Positions 1 through 9,693 of a stretch of 64,000 nucleotides of DNA are shown in pieces. The notes under the pieces were generated by a model. That model had not been told where the DNA came from. It searched no databases and saw only the letters and a program-made list of their open reading frames with translations. Origin of the DNA: an uncultured delta proteobacterium (GTDB lineage: Bacteria; Desulfobacterota; Binatia; UBA9968); assembly GCA_963728565.1 (NCBI GenBank), contig CAVSLC010000005.1, positions 160,001 to 224,000 on the forward strand, in the 5' to 3' direction. The translations under genes were made by a program, and so were the position numbers. Numbering within the stretch: the stretch's first letter is position 1; each line of letters begins with the position of its first letter.

Positions 1-893
1 ACGGTATCCAGGCTAATGGCGATGAGCCCAAGGCCCAGGACGAGCAAAGTCTCCGCGCGCAGAAACTTATCCGCCTCCATTGTGGCGCCAATCGTAAGAC
101 CCAAAAGGAGGGTGATGATATTGGCGATCTCATTTTCGGAAGCGCTTTTAAGCCGCTCCACGACACCGCTTTCTTTCATGAGATTGCCTAACATGACGGT
201 ACCGATCAAAGGTGTGCCGATGGGCGCGAGGATTGAAGCGAAAACCGTTACAACGATCGGGAAAAGAATCTTTGTGGTCTTTGAAACCGGCTGCCGGCTC
301 ACACCCATGACGATTTTTCTTTCTCGATCGGTGGTCAGCAGGCGCATGATCGGCGGTTGGATCAGCGGAACCAAAGACATATAGGAATAAGCAGCGACTG
401 AAACCGCTCCCAATAAGTGCGGCGCATATTTGGAGCTGACATAAATCGCAGTGGGGCCGTCACAGGCGCCGATGATAGCAACGGCTACGGCGTCGAGCTT
501 GTCGAAGCCCACCGCCAGAGCAAGTAGCAGAGTCAAAAAAATCCCGAACTGTCCGGCGGCGCCAAGCAAAATGATTTTCGGATTTTCCAACAGCGGCGAA
601 AAATCCGTCATCGCGCCGATGCCCAGAAAAATGAGCACCGGAAATATCTCGGTCAGGATACCATTCTCGTAAAAGTAGCGGAGGATGCCGTGCTGATCCA
701 TCAAGCCGGCTAACGGAATATTCACTAAAATGGCGCCGAAGCCGATGGGGAGAAGGAGGAGAGGCTCATATCCTTTGCTGATTCCAAGATAAAGCAGCAG
801 CGAACCAATCAGGATCATGACCACATGACCTAAAGTCAGATTGGTGATCCCGAGTAAAAGACCTTGCAGGCCGGAAGCGATCGCCGATTCCAT
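1..893 (-). CDS. Sodium ion-translocating decarboxylase beta subunit (OadB/MmdB/GcdB family), 3' end beyond the window edge
   Basis: Manual translation from ATG at 893: MESAIASGLQGLLLGITNLTLGHVVMILIGSLLLYLGISKGYEPLLLLPIGFGAILVNIP, with downstream IIGACDGPT and AAYSYMSLVPLIQPP motifs typical of the beta subunit. Absent from the ORF track because it is truncated. Confidence 0.93.
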   Translation of the reverse strand, partial: MESAIASGLQGLLLGITNLTLGHVVMILIGSLLLYLGISKGYEPLLLLPIGFGAILVNIPLAGLMDQHGILRYFYENGILTEIFPVLIFLGIGAMTDFSPLLENPKIILLGAAGQFGIFLTLLLALAVGFDKLDAVAVAIIGACDGPTAIYVSSKYAPHLLGAVSVAAYSYMSLVPLIQPPIMRLLTTDRERKIVMGVSRQPVSKTTKILFPIVVTVFASILAPIGTPLIGTVMLGNLMKESGVVERLKSASENEIANIITLLLGLTIGATMEADKFLRAETLLVLGLGLIAISLDT

Positions 894-901
894 CAATCTG
901 T

Positions 902-1048
902 CTAGCCTTTCTTCGGTGCCGTTGCTTCGGGTTTATACGGAAAGATTTTCCTAAGGAGCAGGATAAGCAAGCTCAGGCACCACAACACCAGCATGGTTCC
1001 AGCCATGCCGATGACCGACAGCGTCCATCCGAAAGACCAGATGTCCAT
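902..1048 (-). CDS. Decarboxylase gamma/delta subunit (OadG-like), 48 aa
   Basis: Manual ORF MDIWSFGWTLSVIGMAGTMLVLWCLSLLILLLRKIFPYKPEATAPKKG with a single TM helix and GGAGG RBS, between the biotin carrier and beta subunit. Confidence 0.8.
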   Translation of the reverse strand: MDIWSFGWTLSVIGMAGTMLVLWCLSLLILLLRKIFPYKPEATAPKKG

Positions 1049-1093
1049 CAGTTGAATTCCTCCAAGATTGCCGGGCGTGTTGATCGGGACGGA

Positions 1094-1309
1094 TTATTCG
1101 ATTTCAGCGAGCAGTTGATCCACTTCAACGGCCTGCCCGGCTGATACCTTCATCTCTTTGAGCACTCCAGAAGCAGGCGCAACGACGGGGATTTCCATCT
1201 TCATCGCTTCCATCACAAGCACTACCTCGTCTTCATCGACGCGGTCTCCGACGTTTTTCTCCACCTTTAAGATTTTCCCCACCATCGGAGCGGTAATCGG
1301 TGTCGCCAA
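1094..1309 (-). CDS. Biotin carboxyl carrier protein (stand-alone biotinyl domain)
   Basis: EAMKME biotinylation motif and APMVGKI N-terminus. Confidence 0.92.
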   Translation of the reverse strand: MATPITAPMVGKILKVEKNVGDRVDEDEVVLVMEAMKMEIPVVAPASGVLKEMKVSAGQAVEVDQLLAEIE

Positions 1310-1571
1310 GTTGGTCTCCTTGATTGTTGAAGCAGCTTGAATATTGCCATTTAGTAGAGTTTTAGCGGGATATTGTCAATGCTCCTAATGGCGAAGTTGA
1401 CCATCCGCCAATCACAACGCCGCCCTAGTACCAACTTGTCGGGAAACCGCGACTTTGCTTCGGCCGCGCCAAGATCTCTTGACAAAATACCGCGGCAGAT
1501 CAGGTTTCTCCGCCTTGCTTTTGGCAATTCGATGCGATAGAAACCGAGCATAGTTTTCTGGGAGGGTCTAT

Positions 1572-2666
1572 ATGGCTAAACCGGCTGTTCAACAAGATGT
1601 TTCGATAGATAACATTCCATATTATGAAAAATGGCAGCTTGGGGAGGGAATCCCCGTTGTCAAAACTTTCTTCGTCCAGGACTTGAGAAAGGTTGAATTA
1701 AAACCGTGGGACCGAACCGGTGGCAACGGCGCGTTCATCAACATGGAAGGCGCGGAGGGAACCACCGGCGCCTATGTTTTGGAAATTCCCGCCGGAAAGA
1801 GCCTCAACCCGCAGAGGCATCTCTACGAAGATATGCTTTACGTTCTCAAGGGCCGCGGCGCAACTACCATTTGGAATGACAAAGGAGCGAAGCAAACTTT
1901 CGAATGGCAAGAGGGCAGTCTTTTCGCATTGCCGCTTAATTCCTGGTACCAGCACTTCAACGGCCAGGGCGACGAGCCAGCGCGGTTTTTCTCGGTCAAC
2001 AGCATGGCCATCACCTTTAACCTTTTTCATAATGAAGACTTTATCTTCAATACGCCTCGTGACTTCGTCGATCGTTTCGACGGCGATCCTGAATATTTCA
2101 GTGGCAAGGGCAAAGCCCATCCCGGACGTGTTTGGGATACCAACTTTATTGCTGATGCCCGCAACTTCAAACTTGAAGACTGGAAAGAGCGCGGCGCGGC
2201 TGGCAAGAACGTCATGCTCGAAATGGCCAATGGCTCGATGGCCGCGCATATTTCCGAGTTTCCCGTCGGCACCTATAAGAAAGCCCATCGGCACGGACCA
2301 GGTTTCAATGTTATGATCATCAAAGGTCATGGCTTCTCACTGTTCTGGAGAGAAGGAGAACAGCCGAAGCGCTACGATTGGCAGGACGGCAGTGTTTTTA
2401 CGCCGCCGGCAATGATGTTTCACCAACATTTCAACACCGGCGCCACAGGGGCGCGCTATCTGCCGCCGCGTTTAGGCGGGATCAAGTACAGCTTGGGCGA
2501 AAGCTTCGGCGACATCACCAAGGTCGATAAAGACGTCAAGGCCGGTGGCAACCAGATCGAGTACTATGACGAGGATCCTAAGATCCGAAAAATGTTCGAG
2601 GAGGAACTGGCTAAATCCGGGACAACCACGAAAATGAATCCGGATTTCTATAAGAAGCCGGCCTGA
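1572..2666 (+). CDS. Bicupin domain protein (putative dioxygenase)
   Basis: Two cupin motifs: QRHLYE...WYQHFN and AHRHGPG...FHQHFN. GGAGGG RBS. Confidence 0.8.
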   Translation: MAKPAVQQDVSIDNIPYYEKWQLGEGIPVVKTFFVQDLRKVELKPWDRTGGNGAFINMEGAEGTTGAYVLEIPAGKSLNPQRHLYEDMLYVLKGRGATTIWNDKGAKQTFEWQEGSLFALPLNSWYQHFNGQGDEPARFFSVNSMAITFNLFHNEDFIFNTPRDFVDRFDGDPEYFSGKGKAHPGRVWDTNFIADARNFKLEDWKERGAAGKNVMLEMANGSMAAHISEFPVGTYKKAHRHGPGFNVMIIKGHGFSLFWREGEQPKRYDWQDGSVFTPPAMMFHQHFNTGATGARYLPPRLGGIKYSLGESFGDITKVDKDVKAGGNQIEYYDEDPKIRKMFEEELAKSGTTTKMNPDFYKKPA

Positions 2667-2701
2667 TTGGTTGTTGCCCGCCAGAATTGGCATAAATATC
2701 C

Positions 2702-2740
2702 AAAAGCCCCGCACGGTTTTCACCGTGCGGGGCTTTTTTT
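2702..2740 (+). terminator. Rho-independent terminator
   Basis: AAAAGCCCCGCACGG-ttttca-CCGTGCGGGGCTTTT hairpin followed by a T run after the cupin gene. Confidence 0.88.
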
Positions 2741-2794
2741 TGGCGTCGCACTGTGGTTGGTCGCGAGAGTGGTTTTGAATTTAGGTAGCTTTAA

Positions 2795-3385
2795 GTGGAA
2801 ATACTTCTAATCTTGTTTGGTTACTTAATGGGATCGGTACCGGTGGGCTTCATTCTCGGAGCGAGGTCAGGGATTGATGTGAGAGCGGTCGGTAGCGGTA
2901 ATGTCGGCGCGACAAATGTCGCCAGGGTAGTAGGCAAGCGTCAAGGTATCGTGACCCTGATCGCGGACACGGCGAAAGGGTTCCTTCCGGTCATTCTGGC
3001 TATGCAACTCGGCGCGAGCCTGGCCGCAACAGTTTTGGTTGGGGCGGCAGCGTTTCTCGGACACCTCTATCCAATCTTTTTGAAATTCAAGGGAGGAAAA
3101 GGGGTGGCCACGGCGTTGGGTGTTTTCTTGGCTGTAGCTCCAATGGCCACGCTGGTGTCGGTTGCGCTGTTTGCCGTTGCGGTTCTAGCCAGCAGGATCG
3201 TTTCCCTAAGCTCGATTTTAACCGCAATAGCAGCGCCGATAATATTTTGGCTGTTTTCCTACCCGCCGTTAGTAGTCGGAATGGCTGCTTTCATTGCAGT
3301 GGCAATCACATGCCGCCATCGCAGTAACATTCGACGTATGATGAATGGAAGCGAACCTCGCTTCGGATCGGCTAATTCTCAATGA
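2795..3385 (+). CDS. plsY: Glycerol-3-phosphate 1-O-acyltransferase PlsY
   Basis: GSGNVGATNVAR, GHLYPIFLKFKGGKGVAT and HRSNI motifs. Confidence 0.95.
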   Translation: MEILLILFGYLMGSVPVGFILGARSGIDVRAVGSGNVGATNVARVVGKRQGIVTLIADTAKGFLPVILAMQLGASLAATVLVGAAAFLGHLYPIFLKFKGGKGVATALGVFLAVAPMATLVSVALFAVAVLASRIVSLSSILTAIAAPIIFWLFSYPPLVVGMAAFIAVAITCRHRSNIRRMMNGSEPRFGSANSQ

Positions 3386-4082
3386 TCACTTCCACCCGGC
3401 GATTCTGCCTTCGACCGTCCTCGGAATCATTACTGGCGATCGGTGCGCGAGTGCCTAACCCTTGCGATGAAATGCGCCCGCCGTTGACGCCATTGCGCTC
3501 CAGTGATTGAGCTACGGTGCTTGCCCGCCGCTCCGATAGCCGCTGGTTGTAAGATTCTTGCGCGGCGCTTTCGCGGCTTGCATGGCCTTCCACGGTGACC
3601 TTACGATTCGGCGCTTCTCGCTGAAGGATATTGGCGATTTGATTTACCCGATCTCGCCCATCCGGGGTTAAGTCAGCGCTATCGAATTGAAAGTTGACGT
3701 TGGGAAGATTGACGGTTACGCCTCGGCTGGTTTCTCGCGCCTCGATGTTACGCTTTTTCAATTCATCAATCAGCGCCTGGTTCTTAGCAATCTCGGCTCG
3801 CTGCTGATCGATCGCCTTTTGCTGCTCCGCTTGTTTGATGTCCTGTCCCTGGAGTTGGTCGCCAATCAGCGCTCCCGTACCCAAACCTAGCGCTCCGCCG
3901 ACCGCCGCGCCGACCCCGGGGCGACCGACCGCCGCGCCGACAATCCCACCGGCAGCCGCGCCGCCGAGCGCACCTATTCCGGCGCCTTTTTCACGGGTGC
4001 TTAATGATCCACCGGAACATCCGGCTGCGGTGATCGACAACGCGATCACCGCAGCCGTCATAAATTTAGGAGAATTATTCAT
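3372..4082 (-). CDS. OmpA-family lipoprotein with N-terminal glycine zipper
   Basis: Lipobox AAGC, glycine zipper, and OmpA C-domain (VNFQFDS, EGH, NQRLSERRA, NRRVEV). Start shortened to MNNSPK. Confidence 0.88.
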   Translation of the reverse strand: MNNSPKFMTAAVIALSITAAGCSGGSLSTREKGAGIGALGGAAAGGIVGAAVGRPGVGAAVGGALGLGTGALIGDQLQGQDIKQAEQQKAIDQQRAEIAKNQALIDELKKRNIEARETSRGVTVNLPNVNFQFDSADLTPDGRDRVNQIANILQREAPNRKVTVEGHASRESAAQESYNQRLSERRASTVAQSLERNGVNGGRISSQGLGTRAPIASNDSEDGRRQNRRVEVIIEN

Positions 4083-4107
4083 CGTAATCTTCTCGATCCA
4101 TGTCATG

Positions 4108-4446
4108 TTAGTATTCACCGGTTTTTTTGAGCTTTTCCAGGTCCTCTCTTTGCCGCTGCAACTCTGCTTGGTTGGCATCGATCTGGCGCTGCTGCTGCGA
4201 CTGTTTTTGCTCTTGGCCTTGTAGTTGATCTCCAACTAAAGCGCCCGAGCCAAGACCCAGCGCGCCACCGATTGCCGCGCCCGCGCCTGGCCGTCCGACA
4301 GCGGCGCCGATGATGCCGCCAACTGCAGCGCCGCCAAGCGCGCCAATCCCGGCGCCCTTTTCGCGCGTCGTCAAACCATTGCTCGAGCAGCCTACAACGG
4401 TCGAGAAAAGACAAAAACCAAAGATAAGCGTGAGTCTGCGTACCAT
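4108..4446 (-). CDS. Glycine-zipper lipoprotein
   Basis: Lipobox VVGC then TREKGAGIGALGGAA glycine zipper and a coiled coil. GGAGG RBS before ATG 4446. Confidence 0.82.
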   Translation of the reverse strand: MVRRLTLIFGFCLFSTVVGCSSNGLTTREKGAGIGALGGAAVGGIIGAAVGRPGAGAAIGGALGLGSGALVGDQLQGQEQKQSQQQRQIDANQAELQRQREDLEKLKKTGEY

Positions 4447-4599
4447 ATAACCTCCCAGTGGATCGGGGGATAAAAGACACTCCCGTGGAGTGGAACAAGT
4501 GTAGCAAAAGGCCTTCACCCCGGCAACGCAATCGCAGCACTGGTCAATTATGTGAATATTTAGACTCGTTTATCAGTTTTCTGTTAACACGCTAGTCTG

Positions 4600-4629
4600 T
4601 TGACATCATAGACCTTATAAGTCTAGAGT
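4600..4629 (+). promoter_or_regulatory. sigma70 promoter with overlapping palindromic operator (Rrf2/IscR-like)
   Basis: TTGACA-N18-TAGAGT, with TAGAC-cttataa-GTCTA at 4609-4625 overlapping the spacer and -10, upstream of Fe-S carrier genes. Confidence 0.5.
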
Positions 4630-4640
4630 TTATCAAAGGA

Positions 4641-5747
4641 GTGCCATTGGAAAGTTTATCTCAGGAAAGAATTCTAGGCGTACTAAAGAAGGTTCAGGAT
4701 CCTGAACTTCACCGGGATATTGTAACTCTTGGAATGGTGAAGGACCTCGTCCTCAATGACGGCAAGGTCAGTTTCACCGTTGAATTAACCACCCCGGCTT
4801 GTCCTTTGCGCGAGACCATCGAAACGGATTGTAAGAAGGCATTGGCGGAAGTTCCCGGAATCAAAGAGCTTGAAATAAGCTTCGGTGCGCAGGTGCGCGG
4901 TAGCAAGGCAGGCGAGGGCCAAACAGATCTGCTTCCGTCGGTTAAAAACGTGGTGCTGGTTGCCGCCGGCAAAGGTGGTGTCGGTAAATCCACCGTGGCG
5001 GCTAATTTGGCCGTGGCTCTGAAAAAGCATGGCGCCGCAACCGGATTACTTGACGCCGATATTTATGGCCCTTCTGTTCCGATTATCATGGGGGTCAAAG
5101 GTGAGCCGTCGAAAGTCGAGGTAAACGGCGCTTTCAAGATCGCTCCGACGATCGCTCATGGCGTACCGGTGATGTCCATTGGTTTTTTCCTCGATTCCGA
5201 ACAGGCGGTTATTTGGCGCGGTCCGATGCTCGGCAAGGCGCTGCACCAACTCATGGCCGACGTTCATTGGGGCGAGTTGGACTACCTCGTCGTTGACATG
5301 CCGCCGGGAACCGGCGATGTGCAAATTACCTTTTCGCAGCAGTTAAAAGTCAGCGGCGCGCTGTTGGTTGCAACGCCGCAAGATGTTGCTCTCGCCGACG
5401 TCATTCGGGCTAAGAGCATGTTCGACAAAGTGATGATCCCAATCGTCGGCATCGTGGAAAACATGAGTTATTTCATCTGCGATGGTTGTAACAAGAACCA
5501 CGAAATTTTTTCCCGTGGCGGCGCTCTCCGGGCGGCGGAGCGGTTTAACATTCCCTACCTCGGCGAAATCCCAATTACTCCCTCGCTCCGAGAAGGAGGC
5601 GATAAGGGCTTACCGATTCTCATTCAAGATCCAAACTCGGAGGTAAGCAAAATTTTTCTAGAGATTGCGGCCAAGTTGGCTGGGCAGCTCTCGATTGCTT
5701 CGGAACGCGCGAAGCAAACTCAAGGTTTGAAAATTGTATCGAGCTAG
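4641..5747 (+). CDS. mrp: Mrp/ApbC/NBP35 iron-sulfur cluster carrier ATPase
   Basis: N-terminal DUF59 domain (DPEL...LTTPACP), GKGGVGKS, DADIYGPS, DMPPGTGD and ENMS..CxxC motifs. Confidence 0.95.
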   Translation: MPLESLSQERILGVLKKVQDPELHRDIVTLGMVKDLVLNDGKVSFTVELTTPACPLRETIETDCKKALAEVPGIKELEISFGAQVRGSKAGEGQTDLLPSVKNVVLVAAGKGGVGKSTVAANLAVALKKHGAATGLLDADIYGPSVPIIMGVKGEPSKVEVNGAFKIAPTIAHGVPVMSIGFFLDSEQAVIWRGPMLGKALHQLMADVHWGELDYLVVDMPPGTGDVQITFSQQLKVSGALLVATPQDVALADVIRAKSMFDKVMIPIVGIVENMSYFICDGCNKNHEIFSRGGALRAAERFNIPYLGEIPITPSLREGGDKGLPILIQDPNSEVSKIFLEIAAKLAGQLSIASERAKQTQGLKIVSS

Positions 5748-5793
5748 TCTGATTCCGTATATATTTTGCCGGAAAATCCGGAGGAGTAAAATC

Positions 5794-6093
5794 ATGGTCA
5801 CTAAAGAACAAGTCTACGAAGCGCTTCACGAATGTTACGATCCCGAAATTCCGGTCAATATAGTCGATCTGGGCTTGGTTTATGAGGTCGAAGTGAACGA
5901 CGACAATGTCGCGGTGAAAATGACGCTGACCGCACCCGGATGCGGCATGGGGACGATGATCGCTGCCGATGCCAAAGAAAAGATTCTCGCTTTAGAGGGT
6001 GTTCGTGATGCCAGCGTTGATCTTGTATGGGATCCGCCATGGGATCCGAGCAGAATCAGTGACGAAGCAAAGCAGAGACTCGGAATCGGTTAA
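5794..6093 (+). CDS. DUF59/SufT-like Fe-S cluster assembly protein
   Basis: DPEIPVNIVDLGLVY, MTLTAPGC and VWDPPW motifs. GGAGG RBS before ATG 5794. Confidence 0.9.
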   Translation: MVTKEQVYEALHECYDPEIPVNIVDLGLVYEVEVNDDNVAVKMTLTAPGCGMGTMIAADAKEKILALEGVRDASVDLVWDPPWDPSRISDEAKQRLGIG

Positions 6094-6178
6094 CAACTGC
6101 TCGCGAGCTCGCTATCCGGCAGCGGTCCGGCTTCCCCCAGTTATCGAAGCTTGATCGCAGGCACTTTCGTTCGTAACG

Positions 6179-7431
6179 ATGAATAGTTTTCCCCGTTTGC
6201 GGGCCGTTGAGGCCTTTCCTGTCCAACAAAACGGCAACAACCTGATCTATCTGAAAGATCCCCTCAATCTAGCCACTCCATTGGGAGTTTCTCCGGTGGG
6301 CTATTTCCTCATGGCTCATTTCGACGGCCGTCATTCTTTTATCGACATCCAAGAAATCTACTCGAAGCAGTTCGGTACGGTCTTGCTCACCGATGAACTT
6401 AAAAATTTTCTCGACATGCTCGATGAGCACTATTACCTCCTCAATGAACGATTCGCCGAGTATCAGAAGAGTGTCATCGAAAGTTTCTGCCGCCGGCCGA
6501 CGCGCGCGCCGGCGCACATGGGTGGAGTATACCCAGATGATGCTGTTGGCCTGAGGGCTCAGCTCGACGGATATTTTACTTCAGCCGATGGTCCCGGACT
6601 GGATGTAACGAAATGGCAGGAGAACGGCCCCGCGGGCGATTGTCGCGCCGCATATCGATTTTCATCGTGGTGGCTCTTCATATGCGTGGGCCTACAAGCG
6701 GCTTCTGGAGAGCGATGGAGCTGACTTGTACATCCTGCTTGGAACTTCTCATTGCGGCGGCGACAATCCTTTTATCCTAACGCTCAAAGATTTTGAAACT
6801 CCGCTCGGCATCGTCGAAACCGACAAAGCGTTTGTTTCAGAGCTACAGAGCATTTGCGAGCAAGATCTGTTCGCGGACGAGTATCTCCATCGCGGTGAGC
6901 ATTCACTCGAGTTCCAGGTTGTCTTCTTGAAGTACCTAGCACAGCGGCGCGCCGAGTTGCTATGTCAACCCGAGAGACCCTTCAAGATTGTACCGATCCT
7001 CGTTTCTTCGTTTCATGCGATGGTGGCGAGCAAAACGCTGCCGGAAAGTACTCCGGCGGTCGGCAGATTTCTCGTCGCGCTCAAGAGCTTGGTTGAAAAC
7101 GAAAGACGAGAAGTGTGTCTGGTCGCTGGCGTGGATCTGGCGCACGTCGGACGCCAGTTCGGCGACGTTGAGCCAATCACGGAGAATTTTCTCAAATGGG
7201 TTGAAGCCGAAGATGATTCGTCTGGTGGAGCGTCTGGCGGCCCGTGACGCGCCGGGATTTTTTCATGAGATCGCAAAAGATCAAGATAAAAGACGAATCT
7301 GCGGGTTCTCACCGCTGTACTCGCTGATTCACCTGCTCAAGGACGGCAACGGACAACGATTAAAATATAGCCAAGCCTTTACTCCCGAAACAGCCTCAGC
7401 GGTTACTTTTACCGGTATGGTATTTGACTGA
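6179..7431 (+). CDS. AmmeMemoRadiSam protein B / MEMO1-family protein with two frameshifts (~6620, ~7216)
   Basis: Joined frames give RAIVAPHIDFHRGG, LLGTSH, EHSLEFQVVFL, GVDLAHVG and ICGFSP, all MEMO motifs. Confidence 0.85.
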
Positions 7432-7506
7432 GCCAAGAGGCTGGACACCGTGCCTGCCCCTTGCACCGCTCTCTGCAAGGGCCTCTCTGCCGTACATCTT
7501 TCCGGT

Positions 7507-8265
7507 TCAATGCATATTCATGCCGCCGTCGACGCTAATCGACTGGCCGGTCATGAAGTCGCTGTCATCTGATGCGAGAAAGATCACCGTGCCTACCAGA
7601 TCCTGAGGGTACTGATCGCGCTGGATCGAGCGACGCTTTCTTCGATCTGCCAATTGCTCGGCGGTCATGACGCCTTCCTGGTTTGCGCCGGAAATGGTCA
7701 GACCCGGCATTATTGAATTAACGCAGATGTTGTCGCCGCCGACCTCCCGCGCGAGCGCCCGAGTGAAGCCGATCACGCCAGCTTTGGATGACACATAATG
7801 GAGAAAGAATGGCGAGCCGTTCAAGGTTGTTCCGGAGGAGATATTGATTATCTTTCCTTTGCCCTGTTGTTTCATGGCGGGGTAAACCGCTTTGACGCAG
7901 TGAAACAAGCCTTTCACGTTCACTGCCATGACCCGGTCCCACTCGTCGCTGTCAATTTCCATGAAATTTTTCTTTTTCAGTGCTGAATACAATCCGGCGT
8001 TATTGACTAAGATGTCGATCCGGCCATAGGCCGTAAGCGCGGCTTGGGCCATCGCTTGAGCTTTGTCGAATGAAGTCACATCAACCGGCACTGCTCTCGC
8101 TTCGCCGCCGGACTGTCTGATGTCCGCGGCGACTTTTTCTGCCTCAACTTCTTGAATATCGGCAACCACGACCTTGGCGCCTTCTTTGGCCAAACCGTGG
8201 GCGTATGCTTTGCCGATGCCGACGCCGCCGCCGGTGACGATCGCAACTTTATCTTTTAAGCGCAT
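7507..8265 (-). CDS. Short-chain dehydrogenase/reductase
   Basis: TGGGVGIG, NNAG and YVSSK motifs. Confidence 0.93.
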   Translation of the reverse strand: MRLKDKVAIVTGGGVGIGKAYAHGLAKEGAKVVVADIQEVEAEKVAADIRQSGGEARAVPVDVTSFDKAQAMAQAALTAYGRIDILVNNAGLYSALKKKNFMEIDSDEWDRVMAVNVKGLFHCVKAVYPAMKQQGKGKIINISSGTTLNGSPFFLHYVSSKAGVIGFTRALAREVGGDNICVNSIMPGLTISGANQEGVMTAEQLADRRKRRSIQRDQYPQDLVGTVIFLASDDSDFMTGQSISVDGGMNMH

Positions 8266-8289
8266 GTGAGTTCCTCCATTTCAATCTCA

Positions 8290-9330
8290 TCAGATCTCCA
8301 GCCGGTAAAAGCGTGCCGGGTTGTCGTGCAGGATTGCCTTTTTGTTTTCCTCGCTGATATCCCTGCGTCCTAAGAACTCCGGTAGGTCGTGACTGAACAT
8401 GTCAGGGAGACGCTCATGGGGAAAATCCGACGGCCACATCAGGCAAGCAGGATTGAATTGCTTGATGACCTGCGGCAGCGCTTGCTCTTCGACTTCACAA
8501 GTAGTCCAAACCTGACCCGATCGAATGATCTCACTGGGCTTTTGCCGGAGCAAAGGCGCCTGGAAACGATACGGCTTCTCCATCTCTTCATCCATGCGGT
8601 CCATCATGTAGGGCAACCAGCCCGAACCGGCTTCGAGGAACGCGACTCTCAGCTTGGGAAAGCGATTGAACACACCTTCAAACACCATGTGCGTGAACTG
8701 GATCAAGATTGCAAAGGGATGTTCCAGCGTATGGACGTGGAGAAACTTGTTGAAAAAATCGAAGCCCATGCCGCGGCTCGGCGCGCCATGCACCGTGAGC
8801 GGCATGTCGAGCTTTTCAGCGGCCTGGTAGATCGGATCGAAATCGCTATGCCCGTAGCCTTTGTTCAGGACCGTCACCGCCGGCAGGAGCCCGGCCACGA
8901 GGCCGAGCCCTTTGGTGCGCTCCAGCTCTTTAGCGGCTTCGACCGGCTCATGCACCGGCAGGAGCGCGACCGCTTTCAGCCGCGAACTTTGTTTGGTGAA
9001 GCGCTCGGCGATCCACGAATTGTAAGCGCGCGCGATCACACAGGACCACTCAGAATTCTGAATCAATCCGAGCGAGAGGCCCCCTGTGGGGTAGAGCACC
9101 GTGGTATGGACGCCAAGTTCGTCGAGAAACTCGAGCCATTTGGGCGCGGGGGTCTCCGGAACCTTGCCGGGCACACCGAATCCGCGGTTCCAACCATCAA
9201 GGGAAGGAAAGTAACTATAAGTTTTGAAGTGCGGACCTTGTCGATAACGACCTTCAAGGAACTCGCGCAGCTCGGCGTCTGTCTCCATCACATGGCCATC
9301 GGCGTCGATGATCGGATAGTTCACGTTCAT
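8290..9330 (-). CDS. Amidohydrolase family 2 protein
   Basis: IIDADGHV, LTVH, FLEAGSGW and WPSDFPH motifs. Confidence 0.9.
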   Translation of the reverse strand: MNVNYPIIDADGHVMETDAELREFLEGRYRQGPHFKTYSYFPSLDGWNRGFGVPGKVPETPAPKWLEFLDELGVHTTVLYPTGGLSLGLIQNSEWSCVIARAYNSWIAERFTKQSSRLKAVALLPVHEPVEAAKELERTKGLGLVAGLLPAVTVLNKGYGHSDFDPIYQAAEKLDMPLTVHGAPSRGMGFDFFNKFLHVHTLEHPFAILIQFTHMVFEGVFNRFPKLRVAFLEAGSGWLPYMMDRMDEEMEKPYRFQAPLLRQKPSEIIRSGQVWTTCEVEEQALPQVIKQFNPACLMWPSDFPHERLPDMFSHDLPEFLGRRDISEENKKAILHDNPARFYRLEI

Positions 9331-9693
9331 TGCCTCATCTCCTACTAACTGATTAGCCCAACGCGGGCCGCGATTCTAACCGCCGCAAACCCCGGGTTGC
9401 CATCAAGGAGAACTGGAGTTTATCACGAGATCCGACGGCAGAGCCGCAGCCGAAGCCGGAATATGTCGCATACACGCAAAGGCGCAAGACAAGAAAACAA
9501 GAACTTAGCGTCTTAACGACCCGGCGCGAAGAAATCCTTATCCTCACGAGCTACGGCGATCAGAGAATTTGCGCAAGCTGCGAAAACTTCGACGATAGCA
9601 GCACGACGCGCGCGCATCCGGAGTGTGAAATCACAGAAATTGCCGATCCGGTCTTCGTGCGCTTCGCGATTCAAGTAAGCCCTTTCATTATAC

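Noticed and set aside
9353-9690. Short ORFs and REP-like fragments (CGCAAAGGCGCAAG, CTTCGTGCGCTTCGCG, GGCAGAGCCGCAGCC) between the amidohydrolase and SDR
   Set aside because: The ORFs lack RBS or motifs, and the repeat fragments have no clear second copy in this window.
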